NCBI RefSeq assembly: GCF_964204645.1
Contig: NC_134036.1
Coordinates: 4,432,600-4,496,599, forward strand
DNA: 64,000 nt
Origin: Tubulanus polymorphus
Taxonomy: Eukaryota; Animalia; Nemertea
Reading direction: 5' to 3'
Position numbers and translations under genes: made by a program. Every line of letters starts with the position of its first letter. The first letter of the stretch is position 1. Below are positions 39,171 through 51,640 of this stretch, piece by piece. The notes under the pieces are model-generated. The model had not been told where the DNA came from, did not search any database, and saw only the letters and a list, made by a program, of their open reading frames with translations.

Positions 39171-41589
39171 GAGTGACAGTGCAGGCGAGCGCTCTGTCGT
39201 CTCTCTGTCTCTCATCTCGCGTACGCCGAGTCGATTCATTTCTGTCGTTGATTCAATAACATCTCGATTTCCAGCAATTTGAGTCCAATTATATCCGCCT
39301 TCACAATTCAATAACAGGCCGAGCGAAACGCGAGGACGCGTTTCCTATATATACACGCACGATTCACGCGGCGGCTGAACCGATGAGCACGATCAAGCTG
39401 AAAGCGCTTCGTAAGCGAAGCCTTCAATAAATCGGGATGTCCCGATGGCCAGAAGACTGTCTAACTACTTCAAGGGAATAATGGTTAATCCTCCATCGCC
39501 GCAGTAGCGTCGACGGTATATACGGTTGGATTATGTTGTTGGGTCGATAACGAAGAGACTACTAGCGCACCTGGCGGATCTGCTCTTGCAAGACAACGCA
39601 TCTGATTGGCTATATATTTGTATATAGACAGGTGGCCGCTGAGCGACGACCCGTCCACCCAAGAAATCTTAGGCGGTGTAAACCAATCCACCCGAGAAAT
39701 CTTAGGCGGTGTAAACAGATCGATGAAGAAAAACGGCGGCCAGGGTTTGTGTTGGCGGCGCGAGCTTGCGGGCTGGAGGCGATTGAAATAATCGAACCCT
39801 GGCAAGCGAGGAAGCCGCAGACGGCGACGCAGCGATAGCGAAAATCAATTTTCGACTCTACGTCGAATGAAACGACGACGAAACGCGGAATAAGAAGACA
39901 CGACACGACACGACACGAGCTCCGAGTAACGATCTCATAATAGATAATCTTTCGTGCGCCAGATTTAATATTAGCCGCCGACTTTTTACGAAAATCATTT
40001 CTCCTCCGTCGACGTCGTCGTCTTCTCCGCCATTTACCTTGTGTCGTCGTCATGGCAACGACGACGTGGATCGCGAGAGGAACGGAAGATTTTGCCGAAA
40101 GAAATGAACCGCGCGCCGCGCGATATTCGATATTCGACATACGAACTGCGTGCGGTATGAACTTCAGTGCGGGCGAGCGCCGCGCCAGTCAGCCGAAACG
40201 GGCAAGATGTCGCGGTCGTTCCCGTGTCGCGTTGTTGTAATTTGTGAAATAAATGCTACCTAACTGAAAACTTGAGATTCAGACGGTTTGCATATTGCCA
40301 AAGCGGTCAAAATCCATCCAGGGGCCGGTGAAATATGATAGAACTAGACAGTATCACAAATAACTTTAAAAAAGAGAATAAAATGAACCAACAATGCAGG
40401 AGAAAAGTACCCTGACAAAATGGCGGCTAATAGCACTGTTTAAATGGTTTATATCCTGGGCAAAAACTGTTAATGCCAAAGTCAAAACTTTTAATGTAAT
40501 TGCTATAATTGGTTGCTTCCTGTTTTCAATGAGGACAAAAGCTCAAACTTAACCGATTTTGGTTTAGATTATTACGACTTGATCATTTTTGGGGGGAATC
40601 CCGTTTTGATAGCGACATGCGTGGTCAGTAGCATGCATTCGATTTTTTTGGAATGAGTGAGATTTTTTTTTCTAATTTCCTGACTGATGCACAGGTTTTC
40701 CAAATTATTCAGGTCATCGGCCACCCCGCTGCTGGTGGCTTACAGCATAGCGGGCGCGTGAAAACTCTAGATCAGTAAAGTCAGCCGGCGGCGCGAAACC
40801 CGAACCGCCGTTTAAAAATCGAGAACCACCACGCGCGAAGATATCTTCGCTAGCGGTAAACCGACGCCGTGCGTCGAGCGACGAAATGGCTTTCGTAATT
40901 TCCTAAATTCGATGACTGTACTTTCTTTCGTCGACGCCGGATTCGTCACTGCCGGCTGTGACGACGGCGTCGAATTTCTCGACGCGAAGGAAACGACGTG
41001 TAGATGTTGATGCGTTTTTTAAGACGCGTTTGAAAGATCGAAAGCGAGTTTTGTTTATCGGAAATCGAAGTCAAAAGATACGTCTCTCTATAGATCCTCG
41101 TCAGGTTGTGATGGACTAGTCCGAAACGTCGTGTATTTGATTGCTCTTTTTCGATGAATGAAATCTTATACTTTAAATTGTGTATGTGCTTGTGTGACGG
41201 ACTAGTCCGAAACGTGGTGTATTTTGATTTTTATTCTTGATAAATGAAATTTAATACTTTAAATTTTGTGCATCGCGGTTTTTGAACTTGTTATTTATTC
41301 TCTCCGGCTATTCCTATAGATGTCTTAACCACGCTAGCGCAAACAGGGGGTGGAGTCTCTCTGAAAACGGTGGCTTTCCAATCGATGTTTTCTAGTAGAA
41401 TCGATGGTGTTCTTCTTTGGTATAAACGATCTGTTTGAGAGTTTTAGAGTCCATCGTTGAATCAAGGGACAGTGGTTATCAACGCTTAGCGATCTCATGT
41501 GGCGTGCGTTTGCCGCCTTAGCTTTACTCAATTACCCGATGAAGCTACTACTAAGCTCGTAATTTCAATGATAAAATCAGTATTAATCT

Positions 41590-42341
41590 GTACACAGTGC
41601 TAGCTGTTTTTGACACCGTAAAAACCGTTACAATAATGTTGATATAAATTGATAACACGTTTTTTCAAAGAGTTCTCTTCGAGTAGATGCGCACTACGTC
41701 ATCGATATTAGCGTTTCGAAATGAAAATTGCTATTATGAATTTGGGCATTCGTTATGCGAATAAATAGATTTCATTAGATTCCGTTTAGAATATTTTTAT
41801 GTATTTTTATCGACGAATTTCGAGGGGATGTGCACTACGTCATCGATATCGGGGCTAGGATGTCGGTCAGATAAGTTCAATTTTGTCGATATATTCACGC
41901 TCAACATTCAAAATTCTATTGATCCTATAATCATATAAAATTTATTTATTCATTTATTCATTAAAGGGAGATGTACATCTTAAAATAAACACAATACGTA
42001 GAATTACCTCGTAGTTTTACCTCGCAATTGAAAACGCACCTATTTTTAATCAGCACTACAAAAGATTTTACTTGAAGCAACCGTTTGAAATTAAATATCT
42101 ATTTTATTGGGTAATATTTTATATATCTGTCAATTGTCTTATGTTTTTTTTGTCAATTTGTTAAGTCTGTTGAGGTATTTTATGTAACGGACTGTAAATA
42201 AATATTATTATTATTATTATCATTATTATTATTACTATCATTATTATTATTATTATTATTATTGTTATTATTATTATTATTATTATTATCATTATTATTA
42301 TTATTGTTATTATTATTATTATTATTATCATTATTGTTATC

Positions 42342-42380
<39 letters not shown>

Positions 42381-42520
42381 TAGCAGCCAGGCCGAATCAA
42401 GATTTATAAGTCACTAAATAATTCACTATATTATTCACTGTCGATAATCTTAGGCAATGTGTTATCATCATTTCTTCAAGGCATTGATAAACTTTCAAGT
42501 TTTTAGTTCCTTCGTTACGT
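41590..42520 (+). repeat. Dispersed repeat element split by an insertion ending in (ATT)n; shorter version at 50390-50620
   Basis: ccgtaaaaaccgttacaataat and gataaactttcaagtt are both shared with 50390-50620. Confidence 0.6.
42203..42378. repeat. (ATT)n microsatellite
   Basis: About 58 imperfect ATT units. Confidence 0.97.
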
Positions 42521-42967
42521 TTTGATTCATTTTACGTCGTAATCGACGCGTCGAGTCGACGCGATCTAACGCCCGAACACTATACGCTAATCCGAGTAGA
42601 TTATTCCCCGCAGATAGCTAATTAATCCGCTCGACGACGATCGATTTTCGAACGACGTGGCCAAACGGTTAACGGATTAATCACGCCGATTTGCCGCCGT
42701 TAAACGCGGCGTAATCGCGACACCCCCGCGCGCGCTAATTAAAAACCTATCCGTTATATATTATACGTCAAACTACGCGTTTTAACTCGAGGATGACGAC
42801 TCGACACACCTCTGACGTGGCTAACGGGAATCCCGCTCGCTCACGTAGAAATTGAGATACGCCGAGCGCGCGCTAATGCCCGTACGGAATGACCGTCGGC
42901 CTAGGCCTACCGCCTATGCTCAATAATCAAAAACAATAATCGTTAATAGAACCAGAACCACACTCAA

Positions 42968-43039
42968 ACGACGTTCCGATCTCACCCTAGAGATCATCGT
43001 CACCTGACGATGATCTCTAGGGTGAGATCGCAACGTCGT
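42968..43039. repeat. 72-bp near-perfect palindrome made of two opposed hammerhead-like motifs
   Basis: 35-bp arms with one mismatch and a 2-nt spacer (cc). Confidence 0.9.
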
Positions 43040-43339
43040 GTCTTCTATATATTTTAGATTGAATAAATAAATTCTTGTTTTTAAATTCTGTTAATCTGTA
43101 GATAGTGGGTTTTTATCTTAATAATCGTAGAATCGTATAGAAATCAATCATCCCAGGTACACATGCAAATATAGGAATTTAATCTGGACTTGAAGGCCGA
43201 TATAGGCGGAGACGCTTGTTCATTCTAAAGATTTGCTTATTAAGGGAGGAAGGAAGTTAGTGTACAGTGATACTAGATTGCAAGTGAGTATCCACCGGGT
43301 GGTCCTAGTGAGCAGTGGTAATCCGGCAAGTGTTTATGA

Positions 43340-43605
43340 GGGTCCATTTAGTGCGCTAGCGTATAGCTTGCCATCACAAAACCGACTGTGGTAAGCGATG
43401 ATCCACCAGGTGCGCTAGTGTATAGTGCGTCATCGACAAGACCTAATATGGAAAGTGGAGATCCACCAGATGCGTTAGTGTATAAAATGCCATCGACTAG
43501 ACCTACTGCGGCAAGCGAGGATCCACCGGCAGCGCTATAGCGCACAGTAGAAATAGGGCATCAGCTTGGACCTACTGTGGCAAGCGAGGATTCACCAGGT
43601 GCAAG
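43340..43605 (+). repeat. 60-bp degenerate tandem repeat (gcaagcgaggatccaccaggtgcgctagtgtatag core); solo copies near 35882, 39560, 47860, 56040, 58585
   Basis: Units align at 43381, 43441 and 43501; solo copies occur in both orientations. Confidence 0.8.
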
Positions 43606-44204
43606 ACGTCATCGCGATATTGAATTCACGAATTCTTAGTAATGCCTTAGTTTGCGCGCGCTCCCGTATCTTCGCGTTAAAGTGTCGACGCGATGTTTTA
43701 AGGATTTACGTGTTTTTTTTTTCTTTTCCCCTCTTTCATTTTTGATTACTTTACAGTTCAACAACTCTTCGCGCACGTCGAGGGCTTCGGCGGAGAGAGA
43801 GAGAAACAGCCACCCTCTCTCTCTCTCTCTCTCCGCCGCGCGCGCGGAGGAGGGGCGCACCGGCAGACAATAGACGACGATCTCGAGATCCATTACGGCG
43901 GATGATAATCGCTTGGCTGCAAAAGATATATACAAATAGATGGGCGAACGGTTCGAGAGCGTCGACGCCGGTTCGTTTGCGTAAAGTGCTTTTTGAAAAG
44001 AATACGACTTCACTCGAGTCGACTGCGAGCTTATATTAGAAGATCATGATAAGACGGTTATTTTTAGCGCTCGTAAGATGGACATGGCCGAGGAAAAAGA
44101 CAAAGTCTCCGCTGGCAGCTTGCCACCTGCCGACGAGTCAGACACTGGTGGTATCAGTGATTCTCGTACCCGTGCTACCGAGGACCGGTGTCAGATAATA
44201 ACGT

Positions 44205-44600
44205 GTAAGAATTTGTGAAATACAGCATATATTCTGTCTCTTAGTGCGGTTAAGTTGTGACTGGTAAAATTCTACCCCGAGTTGGTGTAAATTACTGAAT
44301 AAGAGTTTAGAAACACAGTAGACTATGTCTCCTACTGCGGTAAAGTTTAGATAATTCTAAACAATAATCTAACTTGGCTAAATTCTATCCCGAGTGTGTA
44401 TCATGAGTTTGTGAAATATATTTCACTCTTGTCTCTTACTGCGGTAAAGTTGAGACCGGTAAAATTCTACCCCGAGTTTGTGTCAAATACCGAGTAAGAG
44501 TTTGTGAAATACAGTAGACTCTGTCTCTTACTGCGGTAAAGTTTAAACCGTTGAATACCGAGCAAGATTTATTGAAATATTGAATAACGAATACTCGGTA
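44205..44600 (+). repeat. ~91-bp degenerate tandem repeat, ~4 units
   Basis: tgtctcttactgcggtaaagtt and aaattctaccccgagt recur. Confidence 0.8.
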
Positions 44601-46694
44601 TAAAGTTCAGCGCGTCTTGAATCCGGGTAGCGAGATGCACACTAAAGACGATTCAATTTTCCTACAGAAATATCATTACCGTAAGACGTGTCCACACGAA
44701 AATCAGAAACGCATTCGCGACAAATCGCTACGATGTTGTTTGACTAAACGATATCGGTATAGCGCTCTGTAACAGCTACTACTGCCGCGGCGGCCATCAA
44801 TCAACCGACGAATTGACAGGCGAGTTGACTGATTATTGACCGATTATTATCTTTTAATTCGAATCGACGCGGCGCGACCACACGTCGACCTGCGCTCGCT
44901 CGCTCGCTCGCACGCCGCGCCGTCGCACTCATCCGCGGTACCTCATCATCGCGCTCGGTGTAATATACTATCGTATAAACAATCGTCGATCTCGCTTTAA
45001 TACGACACAGATTAGCTCGTTCACAGATGACAAACTACCCGCCGACAACAGGCGAGCGCAAGTTAATTCCGAGAGCGCGACTACGATATATGCGTATCAA
45101 CGCGTAAACCGTCGATGAAACACCCGGTACACGCGTTTCCCTGAGTAGTTCATGCGACGTTTCGATTATATTCTAAAAAAACAGCAGTCTAAGACTGTAA
45201 TGATGTAACCTCGACGGACGACAACTCAACTACATTTTGTACTTCGATTTCCGATTTCAAAATCAAACCCCCTGTTTCGTTCCCGGCAGGTGTGGTGGGT
45301 ATGTAAGGGACACCAAATCAAACGAAATTTAATCGCAAAAGTTTTAACAATTACCAGTCAAAATGAGTAAGAGATAAGACTGTCTTCGTTCAATTAAGAA
45401 CCAGTGTGTCGTCCTCGCCAATCAGATGATGGCCGCGTATTAGCCGCCTCTATTTCGCGTAGAAACCGCTACGAGCCCTGCCAGTTAGTAAGAACACGAA
45501 TCTATATTTCATGTATGGAAATTGAACATGACATGACCATAAACCGGCTTCTGTGAAAACTACAAGAACGCGTGGAATTCGAAACCAGCCGACACCGAAT
45601 CTAACAACTTAGATAGTCTAACATAGTCATCACATTTGAAACCACTGTTTGACATTCGAAAACTCGTACCTGGGAACGACAAAATATACGATATGGCACA
45701 AAAGTAGATATGACCTTAGAAGGTTTACAACCGCTAAAACCGTTCCAGTTGTAGATCTAATACGTCGATTTCTACTCTTTCCCGGCGAAATAAGGACAGC
45801 AATGGCTATAGATTAGAGCGACACGAGATAGGGCGCTGGGCGATGCTGTTGTCCGGCGACACGAGAAATTCTAAGACTCCATTTTTTCATATAACGACAG
45901 AATTAGAAATTACCACGGAATAGGGCAACGACGGCGTCGTCATGAGTTGTCTGTAACGAATTTCGTTTTATATCAGTTTGTCCGTTTTTGCCGATTTCCG
46001 TCGAGACCTTTTTAACGTGTACTTTGCAGATAACCCACGATTACATAAATTTCTAGATTTATTTAGATCATCAGATTTAAAACTCCGAAAGCTTGTCTTA
46101 TTTATACGAAGAGGTCTAAAATATTTTGAATAACATTGCTGTATTGTTTTTGTTACACATTAGCTGTTGAGTGTAACCTTGGATAGATATTAGCCGTGGC
46201 TATCATCTATCCAAAATACAACATAATTTTGCTTCTGATATTGTCCTGATATTGCATTGTATTGACATTCATGTTGTATCGTCTTTTTGCTCTAAGCAAA
46301 TGTACTTTCGTGAGCAACGAGATATATTCTATTCCATTCTATAAGTCTACCGACATCGCCGACACTGCGAAACGTTAATTGCGCGCAGGATAAATCGTTT
46401 GCGCAAACACGAAACGCGTGTGTCTGTCTCGAGTCCCGGCGAGGATTGAAAGAGTATACAGTTTAATAAACAAGCCCCTACAACTCATCATTACCGCAAT
46501 ATTGACGGCGGATTAAACATCGCGCACACCTGGGACCCGACTGCGGAGTCGCAGTTTAATTATCAATTCACATCTCCCTCGTCTCGTCATTCCATATTTT
46601 GCCGTGCGTGTTTGTTCGTACATCGAGTTTGAATTCGACTTCGAATTTTTTTCATTTTCTAAAAAAAATATTTGACCGTAATCGCCGTCGCTAT

Positions 46695-47190
46695 CTTAGC
46701 AGGGATTCGAACACGATGGCATCGCGAGACTCTGCCATGTTCATACCGCGGCAGGGGACTGAACCTGATGCATCGAAGGACCTTTAAAATACGTTCTTCC
46801 CTCGCAGGGATTCGAACCTGATGGCATCGCGAGACTCTGCCATGTTCTTCCCACGCAGGTTTTCGAACCTGATGGCATCGTGAGACTCTGCCTCGTTACT
46901 CCCTCACAAGGATTTGAACTTGACGACATTGCGAGACTCTGCCACGTTCCTGTGTAGCAGGTATTCGAACCTGATGGCATCGCGAGACTCTGCCGATTTA
47001 CTCCCTCACAGGGATTCGAACTTGACGACATTGCAAGACTCTGCCACATTCCTGTGTAGCGAGGATCTGAACCAGATGGCATCGTGAGACTCCGCCACGT
47101 TCCTGTGTTTTAGCAGGGATTTAAACCCGATGCCATCGTGAGACTCTGCCACGTTCCTCCGTCAAAGGCATGTGAACCTGATGGCCTTGC
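46695..47190 (+). repeat. 51-bp minisatellite, ~9 units
   Basis: Same family as 31460-31795. Confidence 0.92.
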
Positions 47191-47479
47191 GTGTGCACCA
47201 GAAACGGTATGAAGATATATTCAGTAGACATCGAATATCCTGATGTAGACAGACATTGATTGAATTATTTATAGGTAAAGCCGTTTTCTAGTTTCCAGTT
47301 TGCGACGATACCAGCTTAAGGAAAGCGAACAGCGACAAGAACGCGTTAACGCTGAAATGAGTTCAATTCCGATCACGGCGGGGTATATCTATAATTCAGT
47401 ATCCATCGTACGCGCGCCATACACGACGATACTGCGCGAAAGTGTTTAAGAATTAATGGCTGGATATATTGACTGACTT

Positions 47480-47815
47480 TTAAACTGTCAGTCTGTCTGT
47501 CTGTCTGTATGGCTGTCTGAATGGATGGAAGACTGGCTATTTAATTGTTTCACTGTCTGAATGGATGGAAGGATGACTGTCTGTCTGCCTATATACACTA
47601 AATATGGATGTATTGATGGTTGGTTGGCTGAACTTACGGGTTGACAGATCGACTGCGAGGCTGGATGACTGACGGAGTGACTGACTGAGTGACTGACCGA
47701 CTGACTGACTGATTGATTGATTGATTGGGACTGACTGTCTGAGACTGGCTGACTGAGACTGACTGATTGACTAAGACTGACAGAGACTGAGACTGACTGA
47801 GACTGACTGACTGCA
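47480..47815. repeat. Degenerate tetranucleotide microsatellite (GACT/GATT/CTGT)n
   Basis: Runs of gactgact, gattgatt and ctgtctgt. Confidence 0.85.
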
Positions 47816-48349
47816 GCCTATTCGATTGAGTTGAAGTTGGACGCGGAAGACCGAGTAACCACTAGCGAACCTGGCGGATCCTCACTTGCCGTAAGCAGAA
47901 TCCCCGATCGCCGCAGTAGCGTCGGAGGTTCCCGATGTTGTGTCTTCACGCAGCTGGCGCGGACGAGGGATTATGATTTTTCCCGGCGGAATTTCCGTCA
48001 TCAGCGCAGGTACGCATTCCCCGCGCACTCAAACAGATCGATACACGAACCCGGCGAAATTGGACGCATTCCGACGCTAATACCGTACAGAATTTCAGTC
48101 GCAGCGTCGATAGCGAAAACGCGCCGTACAATACCGGCGGTTCTTTCGCCGTGAACGTTTTTTTATTTCGCTTGATTTTCTATCGCGATATCGGGGGAAA
48201 AATGCGGTACAACAACGAAGGTAAGCAGCAGCAGTAGCAGCGGAACAGATTAGCCGTCGGCGTCGGATTTCAACTCCTCACATTTTCGATACGAACAAGA
48301 ATATAATGGCATTTTCGCTCGGAGGAGGAAACTTTCTCGGAAGAAAGTC

Positions 48350-48835
48350 CGTCGTTAGTAACTAATCATAATTTTACTGAATCGTTGAAGTTATCGAGAA
48401 TGAGAAGGTCGTCATTAGTAACTAATCATGATTTTACTGAATCAATGAAGTTATCGAGAATGAGAAGGTCGTCCTTAGTAACTAATCATGATTTTACTGA
48501 ATCGTTGAAGTTATCGAGAATGAGAAGGTCGTCGTTAGTAACTAATCATGATTTTACTGAATCGTTGAAGTTATCGAGAATGAGAAGGTCATCGTTAGTA
48601 ACTAATCATAATTTTACTGAATCGTTGAAGTTATCGAGAATGAGAAGGTAGTCATTAGTAACTAATCATAATTTCACTGAATCGTTGAATTTATCGTAAA
48701 TGAGAAGGTCATAATTAGTAACTAATCATAATTTCACTGAATCGTTGAATTTATCGTAAATGAGAAGGTCGTCATAAGTGACTAATCAAACTTTCACTGA
48801 ATTTTTAAAGTCATCGAGAATAAGAAGGTCGTCAT
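48350..48835 (+). repeat. 60-bp tandem minisatellite, ~8 units
   Basis: Consecutive 60-nt lines align: actaatcatgattttactgaatcgttgaagttatcgagaatgagaaggtcgtcgttagta. Confidence 0.96.
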
Positions 48836-49037
48836 ACGAGTGACTCACTAGGAGATCATTGACAATATAGTTCCGAGTTCAGGAACTAGCGCATCATGTA
48901 GCCACATCATTTAGGTGTAACGACGACATCATAAGGGAAAATATTCACGTTATGGATCGTGTATGGCATTGTGTAATGAAAAGTAATGTAGATGCAGTGA
49001 AAACAAGAGAAAATTAAATTACGAAAATTCTACTCAC

Positions 49038-49120
49038 CCCTGGAAGGGTTTTCTGTTCATGTAGTGCTTTTTGTGCGGCTATGGCAGAGTCCCTCATACA
49101 ATACGTCAGGAAGGCACATC
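49038..49120 (-). CDS. CELF4: Internal coding exon (83 nt) of a CELF3-6/Bruno-3 family RNA-binding protein, RRM1 (RNP1 onward)
   Basis: The minus strand reads ...ttctcatttttag|GA TGT GCC TTC CTG ACG TAT TGT ATG AGG GAC TCT GCC ATA GCC GCA CAA AAA GCA CTA CAT GAA CAG AAA ACC CTT CCA GGG|gtgagt, i.e. (G)[27 protein letters not shown]. This matches the CELF3/4/5/6 RRM1 segment [23 protein letters not shown]. The acceptor and GTGAGT donor are canonical. The symbol denotes the CELF3-6 subfamily (bru3/unc-75 orthologue), not a strict one-to-one assignment. Confidence 0.95.
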
Positions 49121-51311
49121 CTAAAAATGAGAAGATAGAAAAAAAAACACGTGTTAACTAAAACATCGGTTATATACCATATATAAGACGAGTGAGTTTC
49201 CGCAGGTTTAGTTCAATCGGATGAAAATAAACCCAGCATTACGAAGAAAAGATATATACACTAAGATAGTAGCTTCGGCGGGATTCAAATCTACAAACCA
49301 CGCTCAAAACCAAAGAAAGCTCATAATAGGGTATTTTTGTAAATTGTTTACATAATTTGAGTCCAAACGAGTCACTAAAATTTAAGTTTTTCTTAATTGC
49401 GGGTTTTTCCACGACAACACATCGCGTTCATCAAGCCTATACGGTTTTATACTAAGATAACGTAAGGCGTATATTAGCACGTTGACGTTCACAACGGCTA
49501 ACCTGGAAATGAGAACGAAATGTCTCCCTTGTCAAATGTAAAGAATATCATCGAAAAGGGCCCGACTTACTGAAGGCGTTGTGTCGTCGGTTTTTAATCA
49601 AATACGACAATTTCGATGATAAGTCCTAAACGTTCTCGATCGCGGGGACACTAGCGGCGAGTGTGCGCATGGCCGAAATAACGAGGTCATCACTAGCTAT
49701 ACGTCGATAGATGCGCGCGCTATTCTCTACATGTTATCACCTTACACAATAACCGGAACACTATAACGCTGGATAGATCGAATGAGGCCGCGGCAAATAA
49801 TTTCATCGCGGTTTTCGCTGAACGAATGAAGCGTTATCAAAAGTAAGATATAAACAAAATACTGGCCGCGAAATTGTATTTACCATACCGAATTCGACGC
49901 CTCCAATAATTGGTAAAAATGAGGACCCTGGGTTCCAGTTCCACGGTCGTGAGTTAACTCCAATTTAAAATAAGTTTATTTTCAACGAGTTATCATTATC
50001 CAAGTTGAATATTTTTTCTCGTAACGGCCGGGGAACTGGGTCACGCGGTCTATCGCTTCAGATGCGTTGCTTACATTTCACAAAAACGTCGTATTATCTT
50101 TTTTCAGAGGTCTTTTCATCTTCGGCGGGCCGACTATTAGTTATTCTTCGTAATTGCGGGTTTTCTTCGAATTTATTTATAGCCAGTCACTCGGAGAAGT
50201 AAAAGCCAACGGTACAAATGAATTGAGCGTTTGACGTTTCGACCGAATTCTTCGGGCCATTTAAAAAAAAAAACTGATTTACTTGACAGCTCTTTGATCT
50301 TAAAATAGGGATTGACCCTGCAATTTATTTGACAAATAGCAAGTGTCGCAACTAGAACAGCGGCGCGGATAAACGTCAAATACGCATTCAGTGTTTTTAG
50401 CCGTAAAAACCGTTACAATAATTTCTATAAACATTGATACCTTGCGCTGTATCGGAGCTAGACTGGTTGCCGATCAATTCAATTCAATTATCGATATTCA
50501 AATCCGAAATAACTTTATTGATCCTTAATGTAAAATAATTCATATGATCAATTTTCGAAAATATTTTGCATCATTTTCCATAAACTTCCATAATCGATAA
50601 ACTTTCAAGTTAGTTTTCTTTTCTTGTTTCCTTATACTGCAAGAGCCGGTTTAACCCGGGGGTTAACTCAATTAATATCCAATTGAAGAAGCCTCAGCGT
50701 AAAGGTAATACCAGTCTATAAAACCGGGCCCGCATTTTTACTTCAAATGATATCATATTAGCCAGTCACTTATGCGTATTAGAAAAAAAAGGAATTTGCG
50801 CTACATAGATCGAGCCGACTGCGCGACTGTGGAAACGATAATAATCGCGCATTAAGCTCGAAGTGTTTACGGGATCAATGACGGATGCGCGAAATGAAAT
50901 GGCCGGCGCTGTCAGATAGATAATCGCACGCGCGCTCGCGCCACTATAAGTGATTATTCGATTGAGATTAATCACGTATAAATATTTACACAGCAGGCCA
51001 CACGGCAGCGGCGACGCGCTGAACTGTCACGCCACACTCTGACATCGGCGAGAGAGGTTAAATGAAAATACGACGGTGACGATATCATCAGATCTATCGA
51101 CTTTTCTTTTTTTTTCTAAATTCGATTTTGTTCAAAATTGTATCGCGGTTAGGTTACAAGTGATTCTAGGTTGTTGGGATTTTAGTGCCTGAACTTCAAA
51201 ACGCAAATTGTTTACCCCGAAGTAGATATCGCAGAATCCTTGTATAATATTGATCTCGTCGGATATCCCTTCCACGGGAGCTGTTTGTGTCAGTGTTACT
51301 GTACCAAAGCG

Positions 51312-51640
51312 TTGAGAAGAGGGGGTTCACCGAGAACCTATTGCGTCTGTTCTACTCGCTGCTCTCCCGCTATAGCTGCGAGGAGAGGGGGTTCACCGAG
51401 AACCCATTGCGACTGTTATACTCGCTGCTCTCCCGCTACAGCTGTGAGGAGAGGGGGTTCACCGAGAACCCATTGCGACTGTTCTACTCGCTGCTCTCCC
51501 GCTACAGCTGTGAGGAGAGGGGGTTCACCGAGAACCCATTGCGACTGTTATACTCGCTGCTCTCCCGCTACAGCTGTGAGGAGAGGGGGTTCACCGAGAA
51601 CCCATTGCGACTGTTATACTCGCTGTCCTCCCGCTACGAA
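51312..51640 (+). repeat. 66-bp tandem minisatellite, 5 units; solo copy at ~54981-55058
   Basis: Unit aggagagggggttcaccgagaacccattgcgactgttatactcgctgctctcccgctacagctgtg. Confidence 0.95.

Larger units (their letters stand above)
5399..49037 (-). other. 43,639-nt GT-AG phase-0 intron of the CELF gene
   Basis: GT donor at 49037-49036 and AG acceptor at 5400-5399. The joined peptide ...KTLPG|MNRPIQ... is continuous, so no intervening coding exon is needed. Confidence 0.88.

Noticed and set aside
43400-43420. CCACCAGGTGCGCTAG as a CTCF site
   Set aside because: It is one base short of the CTCF core spacing (CCACCAGGTGGCGC) and lies inside a repeat.
48350-48835. CRISPR-like appearance of the regular arrays
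   Set aside because: The units are head-to-tail with no unique spacers, there are no cas genes, and the context is eukaryotic.
50173-50379. Signal-peptide-like ORF MTFIRAAVLVATLAIC
   Set aside because: It starts at TTG, the nearby ATG is out of frame, and I recognised no homology.
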